Source: Escherichia phage EPFV3-03/2025
Sequence record: PV435126.1
Direction: 5' to 3' (one strand)
Length of the DNA stretch: 64,000 bases
Part shown: positions 55,784 through 64,000 of the stretch, piece after piece
Layout of the letters: each line of letters begins with the position of its first letter
Numbering within the stretch: position 1 is the stretch's first letter
Position numbers and translations under genes: made by a program
Notes under the pieces: model-generated
What the model was told of the DNA's origin: nothing
Seen by the model: only the letters and a program-made list of their open reading frames with translations
The model's database searches: none

Positions 55784-55885
55784 GTGTTGCCAATCTTAAT
55801 TAGATGTGGTAGAATAGAGTAATCGGAGATACTAGCCCTCTGACACGAGGGCTATTTTGTTATACTGTTTTGAGGGGTAAAGCTT

Positions 55886-57442
55886 GTGTCCAAAAAGAAC
55901 CGCAGGAAACACAACGCCACAGCCAAAACTGTGAATAAATCTGGGAACGCAGGCGCACCAACTCATAATGTTCGTATGAGTGAGATCGGTTCTGGCGCAC
56001 TTTCCCAAATTATGGCAGAATCACAATCTATGATGGTTGAGGAATTGCGTTGGCCTCAGCTGATTGCCACAGTGGAGACTATGAAATGTGATTCCACAGT
56101 TGCTACTGCCTTAGATACAAAATATGTTTTCATCACGAAAGCATTTAATGATTTTAAGATCCTTTATAATGTTAAAAGTGAAGACTCTAAGAAAGCTGCC
56201 GAGCTTATAGAGTATTCTTTGCGTAATTTGGCAAACCAGCAAACTCTTCGAGATATTGCAAGAAGCGCAGCTACCTTTAACGAGTATGGTTTTTCACTGT
56301 TTGAGAAAGTATACCGCAGAGAGAAAGAAGGTAAATATGCCGGGATGCTTCTTATTGATAAAATTGCATTCCGACCTCAGGCCAGTTTGTCCAGATCAGA
56401 GCCGTTTGTCTTTGACAAGAATAGTAGAACACTGACAGGTATTTATCAATCACCTAATGCATTTCTAAACACGCAGAATGCACGCTGGGCTGGCCCTCTT
56501 GCTGCAATGCCTTCAAAAGGCTTTAATGAGCCTGAAATTTTCATCCCTGCCAAGAAGCTTATGCTCATGACCTTGTCAGGAACAGAGTCTAATCCTGCAG
56601 GTGTGTCACCGATGATAGGTTGCTACAGATCTTTCCGTGAGAAAGTTCTGATTGAAAACCTTGAGGTTGTTGGCTGCTCCAAAGACCTTGGTGGTGTGCT
56701 TGAGCTGAAAATTCCTTCCAATATTCTGAACAAGGCCAGCATTGACCCGAATTCAATGGAAGGGAGAATGGTTGCAGATCTTATGCTTGACGCAGCAAAT
56801 GCCCACAGTGGGGAGCAAAGTTTCTTTATACTTCCGTCTGATAGAGATAAGTCTGGTAAAGAGCTTTACTCCATGACCCTGAAGGGGGTTGACGGCATGG
56901 GTAAGCAGTATTCCACTAAAGATTTGATTGATGCCCGTAAGAAGGCGATTCTTGACCGTTTCGGTGCTGGCTTTATTAACCTCGGTAACGATAACGTTGG
57001 ATCCTTCTCTCTGTCTGAGTCAAAACAATCTATCCATGGTCATTTTGTTCAGCGTGATATAGATATTATCACTGAGGCCTTCAATAAAGATCTTATTCCA
57101 CAGCTTCTGGCATTGAATGGTATCATCCTTGAAGATGATGATATGCCTAAACTGAAACCTGGTCTGATTGAAGAAGTGGACATGGAGAGCTTCTCCAAGT
57201 TTGTCCAGAGGATCGGTGCTGTAGGTTACTTGCCAAAAACTCCTGCAGTAATTAATAAGATTCTTGAAGTAGGCGGGTTTGATGAAAGATTTGACGAAGA
57301 CATGGATCAGGAAGAGCTGATGAAGCTCTTGGGCCAGGATATCAGCAGGGCTGGTGATGGTATGGCTGCAGGATCCACTGGCAACGGCACTTCTAAGATG
57401 TCATCAACCAGAGATAATTCCATATCTAACATGGAAAATTAA
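55886..57442 (+). CDS. portal protein (putative)
   Basis: 518-aa ORF after terL; GTG start with GAGGGG RBS; call from size and synteny. Confidence 0.6.
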   Translation: MSKKNRRKHNATAKTVNKSGNAGAPTHNVRMSEIGSGALSQIMAESQSMMVEELRWPQLIATVETMKCDSTVATALDTKYVFITKAFNDFKILYNVKSEDSKKAAELIEYSLRNLANQQTLRDIARSAATFNEYGFSLFEKVYRREKEGKYAGMLLIDKIAFRPQASLSRSEPFVFDKNSRTLTGIYQSPNAFLNTQNARWAGPLAAMPSKGFNEPEIFIPAKKLMLMTLSGTESNPAGVSPMIGCYRSFREKVLIENLEVVGCSKDLGGVLELKIPSNILNKASIDPNSMEGRMVADLMLDAANAHSGEQSFFILPSDRDKSGKELYSMTLKGVDGMGKQYSTKDLIDARKKAILDRFGAGFINLGNDNVGSFSLSESKQSIHGHFVQRDIDIITEAFNKDLIPQLLALNGIILEDDDMPKLKPGLIEEVDMESFSKFVQRIGAVGYLPKTPAVINKILEVGGFDERFDEDMDQEELMKLLGQDISRAGDGMAAGSTGNGTSKMSSTRDNSISNMEN

Positions 57443-57509
57443 AAATTATCAACACAGGGGGTTGCAAAACCTCCTTTGGCGTGATAAAATAATCCACATG
57501 GGGAATAAG

Positions 57510-57929
57510 ATGCCACAGGAAGAAATGATTTCCTACGAAATCATCTACGAACCTGACACTAAAGATGCTCACGGTGAGTGGATGAGTAAAGACACCATCA
57601 AAAAGGCTAAAGATAACTGGGACGCAGCATACGCCGCAGGCCTAGTTTCTGAAAACCTTTTTCACTTGACCTCTACAGATGCTTTCACCATTGAAAAGAC
57701 GTGGATTCAAGAAGAGTTTGATGTTGTAGTGATTGGCACTGAGCAGGTCATCAAGGCTGGCTCTTGGGTTGCTAAAGTTAAATACAATAATCCTGAATTA
57801 TGGGAAGCTAAGAAGGCTGGCATTGTTGGTGGCCTAAGCATTCAGGCAACAGGTAATGTTGATGAAGAGACTGGTGAAATTACCAACGTAAACTTCGGAA
57901 TCAGTGTTGTAGAAGAGGGCAATGAATAA
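57510..57929 (+). CDS. head morphogenesis protein (possible XkdF-like prohead protease)
   Basis: ATG 57510 with GGGGAATAAG RBS; between portal and scaffold; DAHGEW motif; assignment tentative. Confidence 0.35.
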   Translation: MPQEEMISYEIIYEPDTKDAHGEWMSKDTIKKAKDNWDAAYAAGLVSENLFHLTSTDAFTIEKTWIQEEFDVVVIGTEQVIKAGSWVAKVKYNNPELWEAKKAGIVGGLSIQATGNVDEETGEITNVNFGISVVEEGNE

Positions 57930-58906
57930 TGTCTGAAAAAACGATTACTATTAAAGAGAAGGGGATTGCCCTGTGCCATAAGGCGCAAGGCTATAGCGCT
58001 AACAACAGACCTGTATCTCTTTTGATGAAGAGTGATCTTCAGCCTGAGCAGTTAACAGAAGATATTGTTAAGGCACTTCGCCAAGTTACTGTGGAGCTTA
58101 GTTTTGAAGAATACCTGCGTCGTTTCTTCGATATGTGGTATGACGATGCCAAGGCACTTGCACACATGCTTGGTTTTGAGGTTGAAGAGGAAGCTTGGGC
58201 TAAAGAGCATCCTGATTGGGAATGGGCGCAAGCTGACGCAGAGTCTTGTATTGCATGGCTGGAAGAGCGTTGTGATAACGTGACCATTCATAAAGCTGCA
58301 AAAGAAGGCAAGCAGCTTAGTGTGGTAGATCAGTACAGCCTGTTAAAAACACAACAGATTTTTGAACAAGTAACCGCTGATCTCTTCGATAAAGAAGGGA
58401 ACCTGATCAAGGCGGTACAGGAACCTACTGAGGTAGATAAAACTACCGAGGTGGATGATGTTGCAAAATCCGCAAATACCGAGGAGAATCCGGTGGACGT
58501 AACCAAAACTAAAGAGTATCTGGATCTGCTGAAGCAAGTAGAAGAGCTGAAAGCAACCCAGAGTAAAGCTGAAGAAATCATCAAGGCCCAGGTTGAAGTT
58601 GAAAAAGCTAAAATGCTGACTAAAGCTCAAGCTTTAAGCTTTGTTGGTGAAGAAGATCATGCAACCCTGGTTGACTTCATGCTGGAAAAAGCTAACGAAC
58701 CTATTGTAGCTATGCTGGAGAAAGCTCAAGCCAAAATTGAAGAGCTGGAAGCAGAGGTGCATAAAACCAAAGAAGAGTTTGCCACCACTGAACATGGTAA
58801 TGATGGCGAACCTGTTGTGGATGATATTGCAAAATCCGCAGAAGAAATTCTTGCTGAAAACGTTGCAAAAGCACTTGCTCGTGCACGTGCAGAATCTACC
58901 AAATAA
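57929..58906 (+). CDS. scaffolding protein (putative)
   Basis: 325 aa, acidic and helical; between portal and capsid genes. Confidence 0.5.
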   Translation: MSEKTITIKEKGIALCHKAQGYSANNRPVSLLMKSDLQPEQLTEDIVKALRQVTVELSFEEYLRRFFDMWYDDAKALAHMLGFEVEEEAWAKEHPDWEWAQADAESCIAWLEERCDNVTIHKAAKEGKQLSVVDQYSLLKTQQIFEQVTADLFDKEGNLIKAVQEPTEVDKTTEVDDVAKSANTEENPVDVTKTKEYLDLLKQVEELKATQSKAEEIIKAQVEVEKAKMLTKAQALSFVGEEDHATLVDFMLEKANEPIVAMLEKAQAKIEELEAEVHKTKEEFATTEHGNDGEPVVDDIAKSAEEILAENVAKALARARAESTK

Positions 58907-58926
58907 GACATTAACGGGGGAAATAA

Positions 58927-59316
58927 ATGATTACCGCTCAATATTCTGATATCGTGCTCGGCAAAGTTGATTCTAGCGATGCTGGCTACAATTTTAAAGA
59001 GATGGAAATTACACTGACAGAGCATCACCACGCTGGCACGGTTGTGACCAAAGATGGTAGCATTGCCAATCAGGACGGTTCAGACGCTTACGGCGTTCTG
59101 GTGGATCGTGCTTTAATTCCAGACTCTGCTGGTAAAGTGCATATCGCTGAACCTCTTGGCACAAAGAAATATAAACTGGTTGTTGCCGTGCGTGGTGTTA
59201 CTTTTGCCAAGGATAAATTGCTGGCAACTGGTGGCGCTAAAGCAGCACAGGCTGTGTTAGACAAGCTTGAGGCTCTGGGTAACAAGGTTCAAGTCCAGAC
59301 CCTTGGTGATGAGTAA
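58927..59316 (+). CDS. head protein (decoration/accessory, putative)
   Basis: 129-aa ORF directly upstream of major capsid gene. Confidence 0.4.
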   Translation: MITAQYSDIVLGKVDSSDAGYNFKEMEITLTEHHHAGTVVTKDGSIANQDGSDAYGVLVDRALIPDSAGKVHIAEPLGTKKYKLVVAVRGVTFAKDKLLATGGAKAAQAVLDKLEALGNKVQVQTLGDE

Positions 59317-59364
59317 GCCCTAAATTGTTCGGGAAAATATTTAAGTTTTACTTTGGAGAAATAA

Positions 59365-60375
59365 ATGATTACTCGTAAAGATGAATTTGGCATTGTTGAT
59401 TTAGGTGCTACTCTGGACCTTGTTCCGCGTCAATTTCGCCTGATCACTGGTATGGATCTGTTCGAAACCCGTCTCGGCACCTCAACAATTGCTCAGATCG
59501 AGCGTGTTGATGAAGTTGTAACCGACATTCCGGCACGCCGTCGTGGTGGTGAGCGTAACTACGTTGGTAGTGAACGTGCTCAGGTTAAAAACCTGAACAT
59601 CCCGTTCTTCCCTCTGGACAAAGGCATCACTGCCGCAGATGTTCAGAACTTCCGTCGTTACTTCACCCCTGATGCTCCGAAAACTGTTCAGGACGTAGTA
59701 ACCCGCGTTGTTCGCCGTATCCGTGTTTCTCATGAAGCACTGCGTGAGAAAGCGCTGTTCCAGGCTATTCTGGGTAAATCCTATGCACCGGGTGACACAA
59801 CCTGTCAGTATGACTATTACACTCTGTGGGGTGTGACTCAGAAGTCTGTTGAGATTGACCCTGCAAAAGCAGATCAGGATCCTATGGAGGTTCTGGAAGA
59901 AGCTCGTCTGCACATCGCACTGCAAGCTGGTGATAACGCAGCTGGCTATCGTATTGTAGCTCTGTGCTCACCAGAGTTCTTCAGCGCTATTACCCATCAC
60001 CCGCTGGTAGAACTGGCATACACCTACTACGGCTCTGCTCAGGAACCTCTGCGTCGCCGTCTGGGTGCTGGCGGTCAAGACAGCGTATACCGTGTGTTTG
60101 AACATAAAGGTATCACCTTTATCGAAGATATCTCTGGCAATATTCCTAAGAAAGAAGCTCGCATTCTGCCGATGGGTATTGATCAGATGTTCCAGCTGCA
60201 CTTTGCTCCGGCAGATGATGTTAACGAAGCAAACACCCCAGCACAGGAACTGTACATGTGGTATAAACACTCTGCATACCTGCGTGAAGAGAAGATTGAA
60301 TCTGAAACTTCCATGCTGGCAGTTAACACCCGTCCAGAGCTGGTTGTTAAAGTAACTCTGAAAAACGGTGGCTAA
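59365..60375 (+). CDS. major capsid protein (putative)
   Basis: 336 aa; synteny; strong bias to high-expression codons (CTG, CGT, GGT, GAA); strong terminator follows. Confidence 0.6.
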   Translation: MITRKDEFGIVDLGATLDLVPRQFRLITGMDLFETRLGTSTIAQIERVDEVVTDIPARRRGGERNYVGSERAQVKNLNIPFFPLDKGITAADVQNFRRYFTPDAPKTVQDVVTRVVRRIRVSHEALREKALFQAILGKSYAPGDTTCQYDYYTLWGVTQKSVEIDPAKADQDPMEVLEEARLHIALQAGDNAAGYRIVALCSPEFFSAITHHPLVELAYTYYGSAQEPLRRRLGAGGQDSVYRVFEHKGITFIEDISGNIPKKEARILPMGIDQMFQLHFAPADDVNEANTPAQELYMWYKHSAYLREEKIESETSMLAVNTRPELVVKVTLKNGG

Positions 60376-60399
60376 TCACTAAGGTGATTCATCCCATAT

Positions 60400-60430
60400 G
60401 GGGAGGGGGTTCTCCCCCTCCCCTTTTTAT
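60400..60430 (+). terminator. intrinsic terminator
   Basis: GGGGAGGGGG-ttct-CCCCCTCCCC perfect 10-bp stem followed by TTTTT. Confidence 0.85.
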
Positions 60431-60456
60431 TTATTAGGGTTTAACAGGAGTGTCCC

Positions 60457-61272
60457 GTGAAGAGAGCCGTATATCCAGTTGAGTATGATCCTCTATTAAG
60501 AGTTTTCAACAATCAGTTAAGTTTCTATCAATTTTTAGCACAATATAACCCAGAAATCAATGTTGGTTTATCAGCCCTGCTGCCACCAACAGAATTCGTT
60601 ATTGGCAGTGTTCACTATCCGTGCAGAACTATTGTAGACTTCTTCGAGAAGATTGCAAAACATACAGGCCTGCCAATTGATACTGGTATTTCAACTATCC
60701 GTATGGGTGTTATTCTTCTGTTCTTCACAGAGAACCTTGATGAAAGCACTTTAACACTGCAAAGCGGGGATGTCAATATCACACTCACTCCGTCAGTGTT
60801 TAAAGAGGTAGATGCTGCTTTCAAAGTTTCCGTGGCAGAGGGACATCTGTGGGACCCTGTAGGGATGCCTAAAAAAGTGACCATAAACGATGAGCAATGC
60901 AGCATTGTTTATGAAGAAGATACTCAAACTTTCACTATTGAGTGGCCTAAGAAACGTTCTCAGGTTGTAAATCTTGGACTGACCTCTACAGTGGCTCCAG
61001 AGCCTGAACCTGAAGTGCCGGAACCACCTCTTGAGGGTGACAGTGAAGGTCCTGTAGCAGATCCACAAGATGTGGCTGTAGCCTCTTTCGCATCTGCAGC
61101 TGTTGAGAATAAGGATGAAATCCTTAAACAGGCCGCAGCTCTTAACAACGAAGATGACAAAAGTGGTTCAAAAGATGCACTCCAAACCTTTGCTAAAGAG
61201 TACGGTGTTACCTTAAGTAAGGCAAAAACTTTCCAAAATATGATGAAAGATTTTGAGGCTGCACTGGCATAA
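60457..61272 (+). CDS. structural protein (putative head/neck) with Pro/Glu-rich linker
   Basis: 271-aa ORF; VAPEPEPEVPEPPLEGD linker. Confidence 0.45.
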   Translation: MKRAVYPVEYDPLLRVFNNQLSFYQFLAQYNPEINVGLSALLPPTEFVIGSVHYPCRTIVDFFEKIAKHTGLPIDTGISTIRMGVILLFFTENLDESTLTLQSGDVNITLTPSVFKEVDAAFKVSVAEGHLWDPVGMPKKVTINDEQCSIVYEEDTQTFTIEWPKKRSQVVNLGLTSTVAPEPEPEVPEPPLEGDSEGPVADPQDVAVASFASAAVENKDEILKQAAALNNEDDKSGSKDALQTFAKEYGVTLSKAKTFQNMMKDFEAALA

Positions 61273-61331
61273 TTTTGTTAAGGCCCCTTCCAAATCAGGA
61301 ATGGGGCTTTATTTTTACGAGGTATTTTCAA

Positions 61332-61952
61332 ATGGCATGGTATGAAGATGAAGAGATTATCCCGTCCCCGCCTAACCAGGATGGTGTAGTCGATACCCCA
61401 GAAGAACCACCAAAAGAAGATCCTGCACCTTCTGAACCTGATCCAGACCAACCTCTTATTGATATTATGAGGTTATTGCTTGGCAATGTTGATGAGGAAA
61501 CACTTCCTGATGAGGTAATTAAAACATTCCTTGACATGGAGAAGCTGAAACTAAATTATCCGGCAGATCCTGATAAGCTACCTCTTCTTAAATACAATGT
61601 GCTTGTGCAGCTTGTGCGGTGGCTGATGATGCAGGAAGTGTCCAGCGGTAATGCAAGTATAACTTCTCGTCTGGAAAAAATAGGTGATGAGACCATAGAG
61701 ATTCGTGGCGGGTCTTCTTACGCCCAGTGGAAAGATTTCCTTGATTGGCTGCTGGCACATCCGGATTATGTAGACTCTGAGCTAGACGCTTACAGCAGAA
61801 TGATTATCATCGGTGGTGTTCGTGTAGACGAAGGTATTCGGGTTAAATTTAATGAAAACAGTAACGGCCCGTTCGATGTTCAGGGAATTACACCTATCAG
61901 TGGTCTAAATAATCAACCTCCTCGCCACCCAAGACGCAAACGCAGTTTTTAA
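61332..61952 (+). CDS. structural protein (putative head-tail joining)
   Basis: ORF starting MAWYEDEEI; acidic Pro-rich N-terminus. Confidence 0.4.
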   Translation: MAWYEDEEIIPSPPNQDGVVDTPEEPPKEDPAPSEPDPDQPLIDIMRLLLGNVDEETLPDEVIKTFLDMEKLKLNYPADPDKLPLLKYNVLVQLVRWLMMQEVSSGNASITSRLEKIGDETIEIRGGSSYAQWKDFLDWLLAHPDYVDSELDAYSRMIIIGGVRVDEGIRVKFNENSNGPFDVQGITPISGLNNQPPRHPRRKRSF

Positions 61953-62005
61953 AAATTGTTGCTTTTGATGTATCTTTGTGGTAAAATACATTAGTGAGGA
62001 ATATA

Positions 62006-62470
62006 ATGCTAAAGGTTAAATGTCAAACCAGGTTCAACCTAAAGCGTTTAGATCGCTTTTACAAAGACCTTGTGAAACTCGAAAGCAAAACAATAACCTA
62101 CGGCTTTTATGATGAACCTCACCCGTCAGGCTTAAATATGGCAACATTGGCAGCTATTCACAACTTCGGTTGGAACGGACTGCCTGTTCGCAATTTCATG
62201 GAGACGGCCTTTGCATTTCACAGCACGCAACTGCAGACCTTGACAGAAAAATTGTTGAGAGCTATGGCTAGAGGATCAAGTGCAGAGGCTGTTCTTAAGC
62301 AGATGGGAGACACAGGGGCCAAAGCTATCCAGTTTGTTATTGAGGCTGGGCAGTTTAGTAACCCTACTGTTAGTGAGCAGTGGGCACAAGAGAAGGGCTT
62401 CAACGAGGCTATGCGGCATTACGATGTGCTGCTGGAATCTGCAACCTTTAAAATTGGACAGCAAAAATAA
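62006..62470 (+). CDS. structural protein (putative head-tail adaptor/completion)
   Basis: ORF with GAGGAATATA RBS; late-module synteny. Confidence 0.4.
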   Translation: MLKVKCQTRFNLKRLDRFYKDLVKLESKTITYGFYDEPHPSGLNMATLAAIHNFGWNGLPVRNFMETAFAFHSTQLQTLTEKLLRAMARGSSAEAVLKQMGDTGAKAIQFVIEAGQFSNPTVSEQWAQEKGFNEAMRHYDVLLESATFKIGQQK

Positions 62471-62479
62471 GGGGGTTGA

Positions 62480-62905
62480 GTGGCAGCAGGTTATAAGCTG
62501 ATAGGAAAGAACAGGCTAATACCCCGTAAAACATTCAAAGGTCGCCACAGAGTGTATAACAAAACAGTTGGTGGTCCTTTTGCTAACGAGGGGTTAGAAC
62601 TTGAGTATGAAGAGTTTGATGTCTTAGAGTGTGTTGTGCAGCCGTTGACAGGAAGGGCAGCTAAAGACTACTCCTCTCAAATAAATCCTGAAGGTGACAG
62701 ACAGTACGAGGCTTTTACGGTTTACTCCTCAACCAAGTTGTATAGTCCAGATGAAGGAACATATGCAATGGCTGATCAAATTCAACTACCTGACATCCGT
62801 GGTGACTTGAAATGGTTTACCGTTTTAAAATGCGATGCATATGTCACGTCTGGTGGTGGAAGATATAGATTTTTTGTGGTAGAAGAGCCTGAAGGAGAAA
62901 ACTGA
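62480..62905 (+). CDS. structural protein (putative)
   Basis: 141-aa ORF coupled to next gene. Confidence 0.4.
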   Translation: MAAGYKLIGKNRLIPRKTFKGRHRVYNKTVGGPFANEGLELEYEEFDVLECVVQPLTGRAAKDYSSQINPEGDRQYEAFTVYSSTKLYSPDEGTYAMADQIQLPDIRGDLKWFTVLKCDAYVTSGGGRYRFFVVEEPEGEN

Positions 62906-63456
62906 TGGAAGCTTTCGAAAAAGTTTTTTCTGATCTTGAAACAACCATTGCTAAGCTTGTCAAGGTTGCCACAGGAAGAACTGTAGTTCTGGCAGAAAGC
63001 TCTACCATACCGAAGCCGGAAGGTGAGTTTGTACTTTTACAAACCTTGGCGATCAATCCCACCACTTGGGAAGATAATGAGTTTCAAGATGCGGAGGGTA
63101 ATGCTTACGTAACACACAGTTACACTGTTACCTATCTGTTAACAGCTTATCGTGGCAGGGCACATGCTGCACTTAGCAGAGTATTGCAAGCAATAAATCT
63201 TCCAATGTTTTATGACAAGTATTTCCCTCTGGGATCGTGCTTTGCTTACTCTAACAATTCAACAATCTCCCCTCAAAGGGTGCCGTTGAATAAGCAGACG
63301 TATGAAAATAGAGCCACGGTAATGCTGACATTTAACGTAAGGTTTGTTGAGACAGACATTGGGGCTTTTGAGGATCTTCAGGGAATTAAGGCTGAAATAA
63401 CCACGCACTTCCCTTCACCCAATTCTGATAAATCGGTTACAGACAGTGGTCAGTAA
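62905..63456 (+). CDS. structural protein (putative tail completion/neck)
   Basis: 183-aa ORF. Confidence 0.4.
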   Translation: MEAFEKVFSDLETTIAKLVKVATGRTVVLAESSTIPKPEGEFVLLQTLAINPTTWEDNEFQDAEGNAYVTHSYTVTYLLTAYRGRAHAALSRVLQAINLPMFYDKYFPLGSCFAYSNNSTISPQRVPLNKQTYENRATVMLTFNVRFVETDIGAFEDLQGIKAEITTHFPSPNSDKSVTDSGQ

Positions 63457-63528
63457 TCGTTATAATTGTGTAGTGTAATGATTACACTGCGTGTTTGATA
63501 TCCGTGCACAGATATTAAGAGGAAACAA

Positions 63529-64000
63529 ATGCCATATTTAGATAAAGTGGTAGATGTTACAGTTAACCTCGGAACCCAGCCTATTGACACTGTAGGTTTC
63601 GAAACCCCGCTGTTCATCGCTATCCACAACAACTTTACTGAGCGAGCTCGCGTATATGCTGAGCTGGATCAGATGGTGGAAGACGGTTTCGCACAAGGCT
63701 CTGCAGCGTATGAGTTTGCAGCAAAAGCTTTTGGTGGTGTATTCCCTCCACAATACGTTATAATCGGCAGACAGGCTAAAGAAAAAACCACTGTAGATTT
63801 TAAAGGTATTGCTGCCGCAGCTGATACCGATGTCGTAATGACTATTGCAAAAGGTAGCTACAATACTTCTCTGATAGTGCCTATCTCTGGTGGAACAGGT
63901 GCAACTCAGATTGCAGAGTCAATGAAGACTAAAATTGAAGCAGATGATAGCTTGAACGATATCACTGTAGCGGCTGAAGACGGTGTTCTCACCATCACGG
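63529..64000 (+). CDS. putative tail sheath/major tail protein, N-terminal fragment (continues past window)
   Basis: Frame open from ATG 63529 to window end (157 codons); RBS AAGAGGAAAC; high-expression codon bias. Confidence 0.4.
   Translation, partial: MPYLDKVVDVTVNLGTQPIDTVGFETPLFIAIHNNFTERARVYAELDQMVEDGFAQGSAAYEFAAKAFGGVFPPQYVIIGRQAKEKTTVDFKGIAAAADTDVVMTIAKGSYNTSLIVPISGGTGATQIAESMKTKIEADDSLNDITVAAEDGVLTIT

Noticed and set aside
57510-57929. Confident prohead protease call
   Set aside because: Only position and a weak DAHGE-like motif support it; no clear catalytic triad could be read, so it is kept as a low-confidence head morphogenesis protein.

Overview
The window reads as a contiguous segment of a large virulent tailed-phage genome (Gram-negative-style Shine-Dalgarno sites and sigma70-like promoters; no integrase or repressor seen). 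It has four blocks. (1) 1-8170, + strand: about 25 small early-type genes, each with its own promoter-like site, a GC-rich 5' hairpin and an extended RBS (consensus AAAGAGGWAAACAYCATG), several encoding tiny membrane proteins. (2) 8170-10690: an ORF-poor, repeat-rich divergent region. (3) 10690-48311, - strand: a translationally coupled array of small acidic proteins (three apparent paralog families plus a ribosome hibernation factor homolog), then nucleotide and DNA metabolism genes (two DNA methyltransferases, ClpP-like protease, PhoH, nrdG, nrdD split by an HNH endonuclease gene, glutaredoxin, nrdB, nrdA, ThyX-like, HAD hydrolase, P-loop kinase, DEDD exonuclease, Endo VII, RuvC-like, FEN-like nuclease, lambda-R-like endolysin, ATP-dependent DNA ligase, MazG-like, Zn-less Sir2-like protein, RNA ligase). 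(4) 48412-64000, + strand: PNK-like kinase and metallophosphatase (an RNA-repair set with the divergent RNA ligase), a winged-helix protein next to an iteron array and AT-rich tract, two ORF-free GC-rich stretches, seven tRNA genes (one atypical), an overlapping i-/o-spanin pair, large terminase, portal, scaffold, major capsid and the start of a tail module. The most unusual content is the paralog array with an embedded HPF homolog, the Sir2/RNA-repair neighbourhood, the split nrdD, and the origin-like iteron region. All functional calls rest on motifs read by eye from the translations; no database search or RNA folding was run.
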